Shown here one piece after another: positions 1-9,206 of a stretch of 64,000 bases of DNA (its first letter is position 1; each line of letters starts with the position of its first letter). The position numbers and the translations under genes were made by a program. Source of the stretch: an uncultured delta proteobacterium (GTDB taxonomy: Bacteria > Desulfobacterota > Desulfobacteria > Desulfobacterales > JAFDCJ01); assembly GCA_963769935.1 (NCBI GenBank), contig CAVYNY010000011.1, positions 448,001 through 512,000 on the forward strand, read 5' to 3'. The notes beneath the pieces were generated by a model. It saw only the letters and a list, made by a program, of their open reading frames with translations, ran no database searches and was not told where the DNA came from.

Positions 1-2
1 TG

Positions 3-971
3 CGGGAATTTTCCAAGGCCGCCGTTCTGGAAATTGCCAAGGAGCTGCGTTGTCGCGCCTCGGACGGCAAGTTCAGCAGTATCCTGCGGCCGATCAACGG
101 CATCATAAAATCAGCCGAGTTTGAGGCCGTGCTAGACAGCTCAGCGCGGGTCGAACCCCCGCATGTACGCCGGGCGCTGCAGGAACACCTGAGCCTGGAA
201 GGGGGGCTGTCCAAAGAAATCAGCGAACACAAAAAATATCTTAAAAAATATATCAGCTCGATGACCGATTCCATCGGCTACGTCGTCGGCCTGGCCGTGA
301 TCCATGCCAAATCAAGCGGGCAGATGTACGGCCAACCCCTGCCGATTCACTGCCAGATCAACGTCGGCACTGCCGATCTGGTGGTCGCACCCGGCAAAAT
401 CGGTGATATTGCCAAAGCCGCGGCCCAAAACGTCCGGGCCTCCATCAAAAAAGTGCTGACCAACATCGGCGCGCCCTATGTCGGGTATGAAATGTATGTG
501 GAATACATTCAGGCTCATGGCGGCGTGGAGGGAGACAGCGCCTCGGTGGCCATGGACATTGCCCTGGTTTCGGATTACATCAAACAGCCGGTGAATCAAC
601 GGTACGGGATAACCGGCTCGCTGACCGGGGACATTATTCTGGCGGTGGGCGGGGTGACGGAAAAGGTTCGATCCATTATGGATCCATTCCTGGGCATGGA
701 AGGCGCCTGCATACCGTGGCTGAATAAGTACGATGTCGAGCCGCTGCTGATCAACACGGTCAATGAATATATTCAAAAAGATGAAATCCCCGGTCTTCGC
801 ATCTACCGGGACGGCGACAAGCAAAACCCGTTTGATATTTACTTTTGCAAGACCAAATACAATGCTTATAAGATCCTGATGGGATTGGACAAAGCGGAAG
901 TGGAGACCCGTATGGCGCAAAGAAGCAAGCACGATCTGGCTTTTATGCAGAATTTAAGAGGTGCGTCCTGA
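3..971 (+). CDS. Lon protease (S16), C-terminal part, LonB-like; 5' end lies outside the window
   Basis: Frame is open from position 3. Motifs VEGDSAS (catalytic Ser) and AVGGVTEKV (catalytic Lys). Confidence 0.85.
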   Translation, partial: REFSKAAVLEIAKELRCRASDGKFSSILRPINGIIKSAEFEAVLDSSARVEPPHVRRALQEHLSLEGGLSKEISEHKKYLKKYISSMTDSIGYVVGLAVIHAKSSGQMYGQPLPIHCQINVGTADLVVAPGKIGDIAKAAAQNVRASIKKVLTNIGAPYVGYEMYVEYIQAHGGVEGDSASVAMDIALVSDYIKQPVNQRYGITGSLTGDIILAVGGVTEKVRSIMDPFLGMEGACIPWLNKYDVEPLLINTVNEYIQKDEIPGLRIYRDGDKQNPFDIYFCKTKYNAYKILMGLDKAEVETRMAQRSKHDLAFMQNLRGAS

Positions 972-989
972 CGCGGATTGCAACCGATT

Positions 990-1487
990 CTAATACTGCT
1001 GGAGCTCTTCATAGCGGTAATCAAGTTCGACGCCGGCGGCTTCCAACATTTTCTCCGATTCCCGGCCGGCATGATATTTGCGCTCTGAGACAACCCTTTT
1101 GATTCCGCAATTTATAATCAGCATGGCACAAGTCCGGCAGGGGGTCATTCGGGTATAGATAGTCGCCCCGTTGATTGAAATGCCCAATTTGGCGGCCTGG
1201 CAGATTGCATTCTGTTCCGCATGGATCGTGCGCATACAATGCTCGGTGACGGTTCCGTCCTCGTGCGTCACTTTTTTCATCTGGTGGCCGACTTCGTCGC
1301 AATGGGGAAACCCCATCGGGGAGCCCACATACCCGGACACCAGAAGCTGTTTGTCCCGCACGATGACGCAGCCGCTTTTGCCGCGGTCGCAGGTTGCCCT
1401 CTTCGAGACCGCATCGGCCATCTCGATAAAGTATTCATCCCAGGTCGGCCGCTCATCGCCTTGCCCTTGGTTGCGGTCAAACGCCAT
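990..1487 (-). CDS. dCMP deaminase / ComEB family
   Basis: RPTWDEYF N-terminus; HAEQNA and PCRTC zinc motifs. Confidence 0.9.
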   Translation of the reverse strand: MAFDRNQGQGDERPTWDEYFIEMADAVSKRATCDRGKSGCVIVRDKQLLVSGYVGSPMGFPHCDEVGHQMKKVTHEDGTVTEHCMRTIHAEQNAICQAAKLGISINGATIYTRMTPCRTCAMLIINCGIKRVVSERKYHAGRESEKMLEAAGVELDYRYEELQQY

Positions 1488-1625
1488 GCTGATCTCCCTC
1501 TAATCTGATCTGTTGCAAGAATATTAAGTTGAATTGAATACATAAACCCAATTTTCCGGCAGGTCAAGCCATGAAATTCCGGGTGCCGGCAGGTGCCGGT
1601 GAATGGGAGCCGGCCGCTGGACTGA

Positions 1626-2123
1626 CTATCCGACGATATAAGCACCTGTGCCGACGGCAATCAGCACATCATCATCGTTTTTGAGTTCCATGCGGGTGAC
1701 GGCCACCTTTTTGCCCGTGCGCATAACTGTTCCGGAGGAGCAAAACCGGGCACCCCGGCCGGGCCTGAGATAATCCACGCGCATGTCGATGGTTCCGATC
1801 CGGGCAATTCGATTGGAAATTTCGTCAAAGGAAAGCCCGCGCATCCTTTCGGCGGCAGAGGCGGTTGCCGTCATACCGCCGGTCGCATCCAGTACGGCCG
1901 AAATTACACCGCCGTGCAGAATGCCGTGGACCGCATTGCCGATCAGCTCATTTTTCATCTGAAAACCGAATCCGGCTGTATCGAGCCTGATAAAGGCGAC
2001 CTTCAGGCCTAAAAGACGGTTAAAGGGTAAATTTTCATAAACCGTTCGAATGATTTCAAGCAAGGACGTCATCTCTTTTTTCGAGTCGGGCATCGAAGCA
2101 TTCCACTTTTCATAATGGGGCAT
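1626..2123 (-). CDS. Hotdog-fold thioesterase (PaaI/YigI-like)
   Basis: LHGGVISAVLD and GTIDMRVDYLRPG motifs. Confidence 0.85.
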   Translation of the reverse strand: MPHYEKWNASMPDSKKEMTSLLEIIRTVYENLPFNRLLGLKVAFIRLDTAGFGFQMKNELIGNAVHGILHGGVISAVLDATGGMTATASAAERMRGLSFDEISNRIARIGTIDMRVDYLRPGRGARFCSSGTVMRTGKKVAVTRMELKNDDDVLIAVGTGAYIVG

Positions 2124-2272
2124 TTCCTGTGTCTAATACTTCAGCCAGCTTTTCCAATGCATCCCAGGCCGCCGCAAAACCGGCGTAGGCGGCAACCTGA
2201 AAGATCGCTTCAAAACAGAGGCTGGAAACGGACACCCGGCCGAAATTTCATGCAACCGGGGGTGACAGCGTC

Positions 2273-2569
2273 TCATTGACCGCAGCATTTTTTATATTTC
2301 TTTCCGCTGCCGCATGGGCAGGGGTCATTGCGGCCGACTTTTTTTTCGGCAACTATCGTTTTGGGCGGATTCAATAATAGGTCCAGATCGGCAACATCTT
2401 CCGGTTCATCCGGTTCCAATCCAATTGTATATTTCCAACCGTTTTTTTCAAATACCGACGCCACCTCTTTCATTCTCTCTTCGGTCTGTACCCGGACAAC
2501 AGCAGGATTCTTTTCCGTCCCCAATTTACCATTCTTTTTACCGTCAAAAATTTTTTCCATTTTTATCAC
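2273..2569 (-). CDS. SEC-C metal-binding motif protein
   Basis: C-terminal [18 protein letters not shown]. Confidence 0.85.
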   Translation of the reverse strand: MIKMEKIFDGKKNGKLGTEKNPAVVRVQTEERMKEVASVFEKNGWKYTIGLEPDEPEDVADLDLLLNPPKTIVAEKKVGRNDPCPCGSGKKYKKCCGQ

Positions 2570-3087
2570 CCTGTTTTTCTTACCTCTGAAGCATACAACT
2601 TAATCTCGGAAGCATCTGCGGGCCACCTTGCCATGCGTTCGAATCTTAAGCCGAGCTTATCCAGTAATTTAATTGAGCGCTCATTGTCGGAAGAGACAAT
2701 GGCTGCAATTCGGTTCAACCCCAAAGCATCTCTACCATAGGCCATCACGGCAGCGGCCGCCTCGAAGGCATACCCCTGCGACCAGAATTGGGGAAGGAAG
2801 GCGAAGCCGATGTCCACATCGGGCAAACTGTCGCGTTTTAACAGGCCGCAGATCCCGAGGGGGGCTTCGGAATCCTTCAACTCGGCCAAATACAGCCCAA
2901 AGCCGAATTGCTCATAGCTGGCAATGGGTCCTTTCAAAATATAGTCGCGCGCATCGTCGATTGTCCTGACCCCCTTGTCGCCAATAAAGTGCACATATGA
3001 AGGTTCGTTGAGAAGCCCCAGGATGAAGCCCGCATCTTCAGTCGTGAGTCTGCGAAGTTGAAGGCGATTTGTTTCCAGAACCTTCAC
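2566..3087 (-). CDS. GNAT N-acetyltransferase (RimJ/RimL-like)
   Basis: [39 protein letters not shown]; probable GTG start at 3087. Confidence 0.85.
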   Translation of the reverse strand: MKVLETNRLQLRRLTTEDAGFILGLLNEPSYVHFIGDKGVRTIDDARDYILKGPIASYEQFGFGLYLAELKDSEAPLGICGLLKRDSLPDVDIGFAFLPQFWSQGYAFEAAAAVMAYGRDALGLNRIAAIVSSDNERSIKLLDKLGLRFERMARWPADASEIKLYASEVRKTG

Positions 3088-3415
3088 TGGATGCGTTTTC
3101 CTTTTCGGATGCCGATCTTTACCATGACACCATAGGATAGCCATCGGTTTTATTGGAGAGGCGCTAAATCTTGTCATATTCCCCCATCAGGTGTGGCCTG
3201 ATATATAACCGAAGCTCAATCGCCGGGAACCATGAGTGCCCTTCCAACTTTACCATGAATTCTATCATATGCATTCAGGCAGGCAAGATCAATGACCTTA
3301 AGGCCGGTGATTCTCATCTTTTGTCGTTCGATCGCAGCGGGACCGACAAACCGGCGCACGCCGGACCCGACTACAGCCGCTCCGGCGAGGATTGCAAAAA
3401 GCTTGGTTGCGAGTG

Positions 3416-3760
3416 TCAGAGGGTTACTACCAAACCGCCGGCCTTTTCAATCTTATGCATCCACATTTCGCAGAGGATACGCAGCTCCTCCACAGGATCG
3501 GCCTTAGAGTTTTCGTCATGATCCAGTTCGTCGAGGATCTCGAATTCAAAGCACGATTTGCCAAGCGACTTCCACTCACCAAGCAGCTCTGTGTTTCTAT
3601 GACTGCCAAACTTCAGTTCCGTTTTTTGCCTATTTACCCTGGCTTGTAAATCGGTACTGAAACCGACGTATGATTTGCCGTTTCGCGTGTTCAGGATTCT
3701 ATAAACACCCATCGGCCGCTTGGCCTGCTTGTAATCTTTCTTTGCTTTTGATCTGTCCAT
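3416..3760 (-). CDS. GIY-YIG nuclease-like small protein
   Basis: GVYRILNTRNGKSYVG; start taken at ATG 3760. Confidence 0.75.
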   Translation of the reverse strand: MDRSKAKKDYKQAKRPMGVYRILNTRNGKSYVGFSTDLQARVNRQKTELKFGSHRNTELLGEWKSLGKSCFEFEILDELDHDENSKADPVEELRILCEMWMHKIEKAGGLVVTL

Positions 3761-3779
3761 ATCGATTTCCTTATAAATG

Positions 3780-4298
3780 TCAGATGCCGATTGCTGAGTG
3801 TGTCCAGTGCCAGGGTTCATAGATGAAGCCGAATTGGTTGCTCCGAAGATACGCCATAGAGAATCGGAAGGTATGGGCATTTAAGCCTAGCCAGCGAAAC
3901 GCTTCCGTGTGCTCGAACTTTTCAGTCAGCAATTCGCACCCGGGCGTGCCGACATCGACAGCGTGCCCGGTATGGTGTTGGCTGAATCCAGGAGCGGCGT
4001 TGACCGCCAGAATGGCATCTATAGGCAGACCAGCGGCCAGCTTTCTCTCAAAAATCCCGCATTGATATTCGATGCTTCGAAATCCTGACACCAGCAGGAT
4101 CTGAACGTTGTCCGAGCGTGCCGCCTCGACCATTGCGGCCCAGGCTTGCGCCGTATCCGGGGCGAGCATCTGTACCCTGCCCAGATCATCCATGCCGACC
4201 TCAACCAGGTGTTCCGCTTCCAGGAACTGCGGTCGAAACGGACGCCGTCCGTAATCCGGTGGAATCCCGAGCGCCCTATGGATTTCTGCAACAATCAT
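3780..4298 (-). CDS. M15 family D,D-carboxypeptidase (VanY-like)
   Basis: SGFRS, PGFSQHHTGHAVD, YEPWHW motifs. Confidence 0.9.
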   Translation of the reverse strand: MIVAEIHRALGIPPDYGRRPFRPQFLEAEHLVEVGMDDLGRVQMLAPDTAQAWAAMVEAARSDNVQILLVSGFRSIEYQCGIFERKLAAGLPIDAILAVNAAPGFSQHHTGHAVDVGTPGCELLTEKFEHTEAFRWLGLNAHTFRFSMAYLRSNQFGFIYEPWHWTHSAIGI

Positions 4299-4390
4299 GA
4301 GGCAGATACCTTCTTCATACCATTATTGGGCTTGAAATTTTATCTTGACCCACACTTGCACCATTATTAATTATGCCCACCTTCTTCGGC

Positions 4391-4462
4391 ACCCAACGGT
4401 TGAGCTCACTGGTTTTCACGAAGCGCAGCGGAGTGAAAATCCAGTGAAGCGATTTGTTGGGC
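4391..4462 (-). repeat. Integron attC site (canonical), closes the PhzF cassette
   Basis: Minus strand: R'' GCCCAAC, 5 nt, L'' GCTTCACT ... L' AGTGAGC, 6 nt, R' GTTGGGT; extrahelical base in L''. Confidence 0.92.
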
Positions 4463-4511
4463 GGTTGTTACGGATTGAATCCGTATTCGATAGCACAACC
4501 TTCCTTCGACA

Positions 4512-5357
4512 TTACTCTGCCTCAATCGGAACCGCAGTACCCCTTACCACAATTCCTCCTGTAGCAGGTATTTCGACTATCAGTCGACTCGGACGGCCCA
4601 TCGCTTCCCCTTGACGGATGAAAATGGTGGCGGGCACGCCAATGAGTTCAGCTTCTCGGAGATACCCCCCAAGCGCTGCTGCCGCCGCGCCCGTGGCTGG
4701 ATCTTCCACAACCCCACCTACTGGAAATGGGTTGCGAGAGTGAAATACATTCGTACTCTCTCGCCACACCAATTGTAGCGTAGTAAAACCTTCTCGAAGC
4801 ATAAGAGCCTTCAGTCTCTCAAAGTCATAATTTAACTTGGCCAGTCTATGCGGATCATTGATGGCCAATACCAAATGCCATGCCCCGGCGTAAGCTCTGG
4901 CTGGAGGAATTGAGCCATCTACATCACCGGATTGCCAGCCAAGCGCGGAGAGCACTTCGTTGACAAGTACATCGGAAGCACCTGTGTACTTTGGCTCCAC
5001 TGAAGTCAACGAGGCTTCACGTACACCACCTTTGGAAAAAACGGTGACAGGAATCTCCCCAACGGCAGCTGCTAACCTATATGTGCCATCCCCTTCGGTC
5101 TCGCCAAGTACCACCCCCGTTGCAATGGTAGCGTGACCACAAAACGGCACTTCCATCTCAGGACTGTAGTATCGAATCGTTCGAGTCTTTCCGATAGTTG
5201 GAGCCACAAAGGCAGTTTCAGAGTAACCAATTTCGGATGCAATTCGCTGCATAACGTCGACAGGTGGCAATGTCTCACCAACCCAAACTCCGGCGGGATT
5301 ACCGCCCCTGGGGTTGTCCGTAAAAGCTGATCTACGATAGAGTGTTCCCAAGTTCAT
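4512..5357 (-). CDS. PhzF family isomerase/epimerase (gene cassette)
   Basis: GGNPAGV, SETAF, EVPFCGHAT, EDPATGAA motifs. Confidence 0.92.
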   Translation of the reverse strand: MNLGTLYRRSAFTDNPRGGNPAGVWVGETLPPVDVMQRIASEIGYSETAFVAPTIGKTRTIRYYSPEMEVPFCGHATIATGVVLGETEGDGTYRLAAAVGEIPVTVFSKGGVREASLTSVEPKYTGASDVLVNEVLSALGWQSGDVDGSIPPARAYAGAWHLVLAINDPHRLAKLNYDFERLKALMLREGFTTLQLVWRESTNVFHSRNPFPVGGVVEDPATGAAAAALGGYLREAELIGVPATIFIRQGEAMGRPSRLIVEIPATGGIVVRGTAVPIEAE

Positions 5358-5377
5358 TATGCCCTCCTTATTGAGTC

Positions 5378-5500
5378 ACCCAAGGCCGTGTTTTACCCGC
5401 TGCCGAGCCAGCAAGACTAACCCCAATAAGAAATAGGGTTGTTACCGTGTTTCCTCTGGTTTGCAGCTTGGCATTAGGATTAAAAAGACGTATTGACGGT
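5378..5500 (-). repeat. Degenerate attC-like site after RidA
   Basis: Lies between two cassette genes. R' reads CTTGGGT (GTT lost); residual arms tgccgagc/gcttggca. Confidence 0.45.
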
Positions 5501-5504
5501 AGAT

Positions 5505-5891
5505 CTAAGCGTTTGGCTTGTACCCAACCGCATCAATCTCGACCGCAGCTCCACGTGCTAATTCGGCTCCACCAACCGTGATGCGTGCGGGGGGATCACC
5601 GCCCATCAGTTCAAGATAGGCCTGATTCATTTCTGGAAAAGTCTTTATGTCTGCCAGAAAAACACTGACTTTAACAAGATCTGACAGGGAGGCTCCGCAT
5701 TCCTTTAAAATGAGGCCAATATTCTGAAGGGCCTGAGCGGTTTCCGCCCCGGTTCCACCCTCTACAAGCTCCATTGAGTCTGATTTTGTTCCCAATGTAC
5801 CTGAAACATAAATAAAATCCCCCGCAATCACTGCATGGCAAAAGGCAGGGAGACGACCAAGACCAGACACGTTTACTTTTTTTGCCTTCAT
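5505..5891 (-). CDS. RidA/YjgF family protein (gene cassette)
   Basis: IYVSG, VKVSVFLAD, PPARITV, VEIDAV motifs. Confidence 0.9.
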   Translation of the reverse strand: MKAKKVNVSGLGRLPAFCHAVIAGDFIYVSGTLGTKSDSMELVEGGTGAETAQALQNIGLILKECGASLSDLVKVSVFLADIKTFPEMNQAYLELMGGDPPARITVGGAELARGAAVEIDAVGYKPNA

Positions 5892-5952
5892 TTTGATCTC
5901 CTGAGATGATGCTCACGCACCTGTTATCATTGATTACCATCAACTAAGATGA

Positions 5953-6055
5953 GCCCAACCTTTGAAGTGAGCAACGGCCCAAATTCAGACCAAATCTGCA
6001 CGGCTTTTACGATAAACCGCGGTCTTCACGCCGTCTACTCCACTGTTGGTTATCT
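5953..6055 (-). repeat. attC site (103 bp), closes the VapBC cassette
   Basis: R'' AGATAAC ... R' GTTGGGC. Homologous to 12864-12966. R'' context CCAAGATAAC complements the cassette start GTTATCTTGG at 6692. Confidence 0.8.
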
Positions 6056-6063
6056 TGGGATTT

Positions 6064-6432
6064 TTATCTTTTGATACTGTAAGACAGATCTAAACTGTAT
6101 GCCGCATGCTGCAATTTTTTATCGGTAGTCCACAATGGCACCCCGGCCAGTTTCGCTGATGCTAATAAATGTACATCGACAAAACCTATTCCTGTTCCAT
6201 ATAATTGGTTCCGCTCAACAAAATACAGATATTCGTCCAAATTGATGGCTGGAGCTAAAGGAAGGGATCGGAGCAAATTTAGGATCTCGGCGCGGTTACC
6301 AATATTACCGCAAGCAAGCTCCCCAATTATAAAAGAGTGGCAAGCAACCTCCGCATCCATAAGAAGCTTCGCGAGGTGATTCTCTCCACGCCGAAAATGA
6401 TTGACCCAGACTGATGTATCAACGAGCACCAT
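6064..6432 (-). CDS. vapC: VapC PIN-domain toxin
   Basis: VLVDTSVW, IGELACG, DVHLLASA, LWTTDK. Confidence 0.9.
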   Translation of the reverse strand: MVLVDTSVWVNHFRRGENHLAKLLMDAEVACHSFIIGELACGNIGNRAEILNLLRSLPLAPAINLDEYLYFVERNQLYGTGIGFVDVHLLASAKLAGVPLWTTDKKLQHAAYSLDLSYSIKR

Positions 6433-6434
6433 GG

Positions 6435-6632
6435 TTATGATGCCTTTGGTCGTCGGCGCGGAATTGGGCGCAAATTCCTTTCCGAGCTGCCTAATTGGGC
6501 TAACCGCTTGCTGCTTTCCCGTGCAATCAGAGCTTCTAGACCAAGTCGAACAAGGGCCGTCTTTTCATTGATCCCCGTCAATTGGGATGCTTTTTCCAGT
6601 ATTTGGTCATCTATGTTTAATGTCGTTCTCAT
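6435..6632 (-). CDS. vapB: VapB antitoxin
   Basis: MRTTLNIDD ribbon-helix-helix start; directly upstream of vapC. Confidence 0.88.
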   Translation of the reverse strand: MRTTLNIDDQILEKASQLTGINEKTALVRLGLEALIARESSKRLAQLGSSERNLRPIPRRRPKAS

Positions 6633-6692
6633 GTGCATCAATATGCATCATTCATGCATATATGTCAAGGATATTGTTTCCACCAAGATAAC

Positions 6693-7108
6693 GAGTGTGT
6701 AGAATAAGTAATGGCTAAAAACTTCAACCGGCTGATATCTAAAATCAACTATGGAATCGGCAATTTTTTATGATAAAGCCCTTGTATTCATTTCCTATCA
6801 GCACTGTAAAAGATCGATCTGTGCGTTATAATCGCATCTGCCCCTTACCGAAGCCTCATTTATGTATATCCTGTTCCAAATCGGTGAATCTTTAGCAGGT
6901 TGTGAACAATACTAAACAGTTTCCACTGAATGTTCACTTTCTGGTCTCCTCTTAAATTGAAGCGATTCAGTCAGATTGCGTGCCTCAAGTTGGCAAAGAC
7001 CGGCTCTATGGTTCCAATCCGTTTACTATAAATCAGCCTGCCACGTTCCGAGTCGATTTTCTGTTTCATTTTCTGGGTGTAGCTTTGCTGCTTCTTGTCG
7101 GAGCGACC
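6693..7108 (-). mobile_element. IS1182-family remnant (3' end of transposase plus element end)
   Basis: Own translation of 7108->6860: KMKQKIDSERGRLIYSKRIGTIEPVFANLRHAI*LNRFNLRGDQKVNIQWKLFSIVHNLLKI, with an internal stop at 6971. The putative end abuts the cassette GTT at 6692. Confidence 0.75.
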
Positions 7109-7204
7109 CAATATCAAATGAAGAAAATATAGGGTCACCCATTAAAGGGCTTGTCAAGAGAAAAAACACCCCCTTGATCAAAAAAAATCAGTTTTTGATT
7201 GACA

Positions 7205-7315
7205 TTGATGGATTCCTAAAAAGCCCGTGCTCCTGGGTTAGCTTTTGAACGCAGGCGATGGTTTGTGCTGCTGATGGTCTTAAGATAAAGATCAGGCTTT
7301 TTAGGAATCCATCAA
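7205..7315. mobile_element. MITE-like element inside the IS110 end region
   Basis: Perfect 21-bp inverted repeats TTGATGGATTCCTAAAAAGCC (7205-7225 / 7295-7315); no ORF. Confidence 0.7.
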
Positions 7316-7319
7316 GTTT

Positions 7320-7865
7320 ATAGCGCTCCTCAGCCCAGTGTCGCCTTTTCTCCTTTTCGCGCCCGCTATTTCTTTCTTATTGGCTTACGGTTAGTATTTT
7401 CTGATCCGCATCAGTCACCCATCAGGCTCAAGGCATTTGTGTTTTAAGCTCAAGGCTTGAAAACACCGCCCCTGGTCCGCTTGGGACCCCAGAAATTCTT
7501 CGGTTCCATACCGTGTTCAATTGGATGTGTTACAAATCTTGTGGTTATTAGCCAACCCCTTATGGACTCACGGCATAGGCGAATCGAGATCTAAAGCGAT
7601 CGCTGTCTGGTTATTATTGGCGAGTGCAGCAGCTGCCAATCACATCTAATGGTTTAGTGCCAACCCCTATACCGGCTCACTGCCGCACTCCAACTCTTAT
7701 CGCATACGCACCTGCCTTTTTAGTCGCTCAAATATTGGTGTCTTTTAAGGCCGATCGATGTATCATCGGCAATCAACTTTGATCGATTAGCTGGGTGCGG
7801 CAGCTGCCAATCAAAGCTGGTGGTTGAATACCAACCCCTTATCCGGTTGACTGCCGCACCCAAAC
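7320..7865 (-). ncRNA. Putative IS110 bridge/seek RNA with three target-type loops and a donor-matching segment
   Basis: Stem-enclosed units at 7793-7861, 7622-7690 and 7506-7579 share GGGGUUGG-N5-AACCA. Segment 7415-7424 matches the IS end. RNA ends are not known. Confidence 0.7.
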
Positions 7866-7868
7866 CGA

Positions 7869-8885
7869 TTAACTAAATAGCTTGTCCTCATCGAAGGCAA
7901 CCTGATCGCGCATGATGTAGTAAGAGGCCCGAGACAGCTTGTTGCTCAATGCCTTGATTGCTACCACATTCTTGCTTCTCGCCTTTTTGCTCTGATAAAA
8001 ACTGTGTGCCTTGGGACAATATCTTTTGGCAAAGTTGGCCGCCTCCACATAGGCCCAGGCCAGGTACTTGTTGCCATTTTTCTTGTTGTTCTCACCTTTT
8101 TTCTTGCCATTGGATATTCTCTTACTTTGCACACATCGACAGTAGGAAGAATAGTCACCAACTGTAGCAAAACGTCCAATATCCCCGACTTCCAGCATGA
8201 TGGTCAGCGCTAAAATCTTGCCTATCCCCGGAATCGTAAGCAACTTTGCAAATTCCTTGCGCAGCTTGGCCTGTGACATGACACGCTTTTCAATGCCTCT
8301 AATAATGTGCTTCAAAAATTCAATCGTCGCCCAACTGTTGGTGGCCATCAATACTAAATCCGGACAATCGAACAGATCTGCAACATCTATGGCGCTCAGT
8401 TTCTTGATTTCATTGTTGGATATCTTAAAACCCAGATTTCTGCTGACCATACTCTGCAGACTCAAGATCTGCGCCGTTCGCTGTCGCACAAATAAAAGCC
8501 TGCGGCGTAACAAATCCCTTACCGCTCGATTCTCCTTGGGGTAGATGTATCCTTCAGCCAGCAGGTTCAAGCGGTACATGTGCGCCAACCAAAATGCATC
8601 CCAGGGATCATCGGTATGCTTCAGTCCCTCGTATTGTTTGATTGCCGAGGGATTAGCCAAATGAACCTCGTAGCCATTGTCCTGCAGGCCGTCGACCATC
8701 CAATACCAATTGAACGTGGATTCGATTACCACCGCCTTAAGGTTTTCCTTAAACGGTTCCAGCGCCTTCAAGACTTCCTCCAGCCGGTTGCAATGCCGCT
8801 TGCCATAAAGCCTCTTATCGTTGCCGTCGATGATTCCAATAAAATTATTACTTGAATGCAAATCAATTCCAGCGTATGTTTCCAT
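7869..8885 (-). CDS. IS110 family transposase/recombinase
   Basis: GIDLHS and IEST (DEDD RuvC-like domain), KHTDDPWDA, LTIPGIG, SNGK; RBS AGGAGG. Confidence 0.95.
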   Translation of the reverse strand: METYAGIDLHSSNNFIGIIDGNDKRLYGKRHCNRLEEVLKALEPFKENLKAVVIESTFNWYWMVDGLQDNGYEVHLANPSAIKQYEGLKHTDDPWDAFWLAHMYRLNLLAEGYIYPKENRAVRDLLRRRLLFVRQRTAQILSLQSMVSRNLGFKISNNEIKKLSAIDVADLFDCPDLVLMATNSWATIEFLKHIIRGIEKRVMSQAKLRKEFAKLLTIPGIGKILALTIMLEVGDIGRFATVGDYSSYCRCVQSKRISNGKKKGENNKKNGNKYLAWAYVEAANFAKRYCPKAHSFYQSKKARSKNVVAIKALSNKLSRASYYIMRDQVAFDEDKLFS

Positions 8886-9118
8886 GGGACACCTCCTAAA
8901 TCCTATAAAATTAATGTTAGACCCTTGTCTACTGGTTCCATAGCATATTTTGCTATGGATAGGGAGGTGTCCTTTCTCAAGCTCGGCAGGCTGTAGTGAG
9001 ATTTATCGCCAGCGGTCCGTAAGAAAATCTCACGCTTGACGAGCAATAACAGCTGAATGCAGGAAAAAAAGCAGTATCTATGATTTCCTGCCCTGTTGCT
9101 CTTTATATGTATATCAAA

Positions 9119-9185
9119 GCTTGAATTGTGAATAATAATCAAAATTGTTCTACTATAATTCACTATTCAAGCCCCTTATTTTTCT
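9119..9185. repeat. REP-like GACCCC-type hairpin, the IS110 target (other part at 7122-7137)
   Basis: Inverted repeat GCTTGAAT(T/A)GTGAAT at 9119-9133 / 9158-9172; outer arms AGAAAATA..AGGG / CCCTTATTTTTCT. Confidence 0.7.
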
Positions 9186-9206
9186 CATTGGTTTTTATTG
9201 GCGGAC

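Larger units (their letters stand above)
7135..9116 (-). mobile_element. Complete IS110-family element (~1.98 kb) with long 3' non-coding region
   Basis: Core TGA at both junctions (7135-7137, 9114-9116). Removal restores a hairpin target. The circle junction gives TTGACA-17 nt-TATACA. Confidence 0.8.

Noticed and set aside
7500..7865. CRISPR array
   Set aside because: The units are diverged internal-loop hairpins with irregular spacing and there are no cas genes; better explained as IS110 RNA loops
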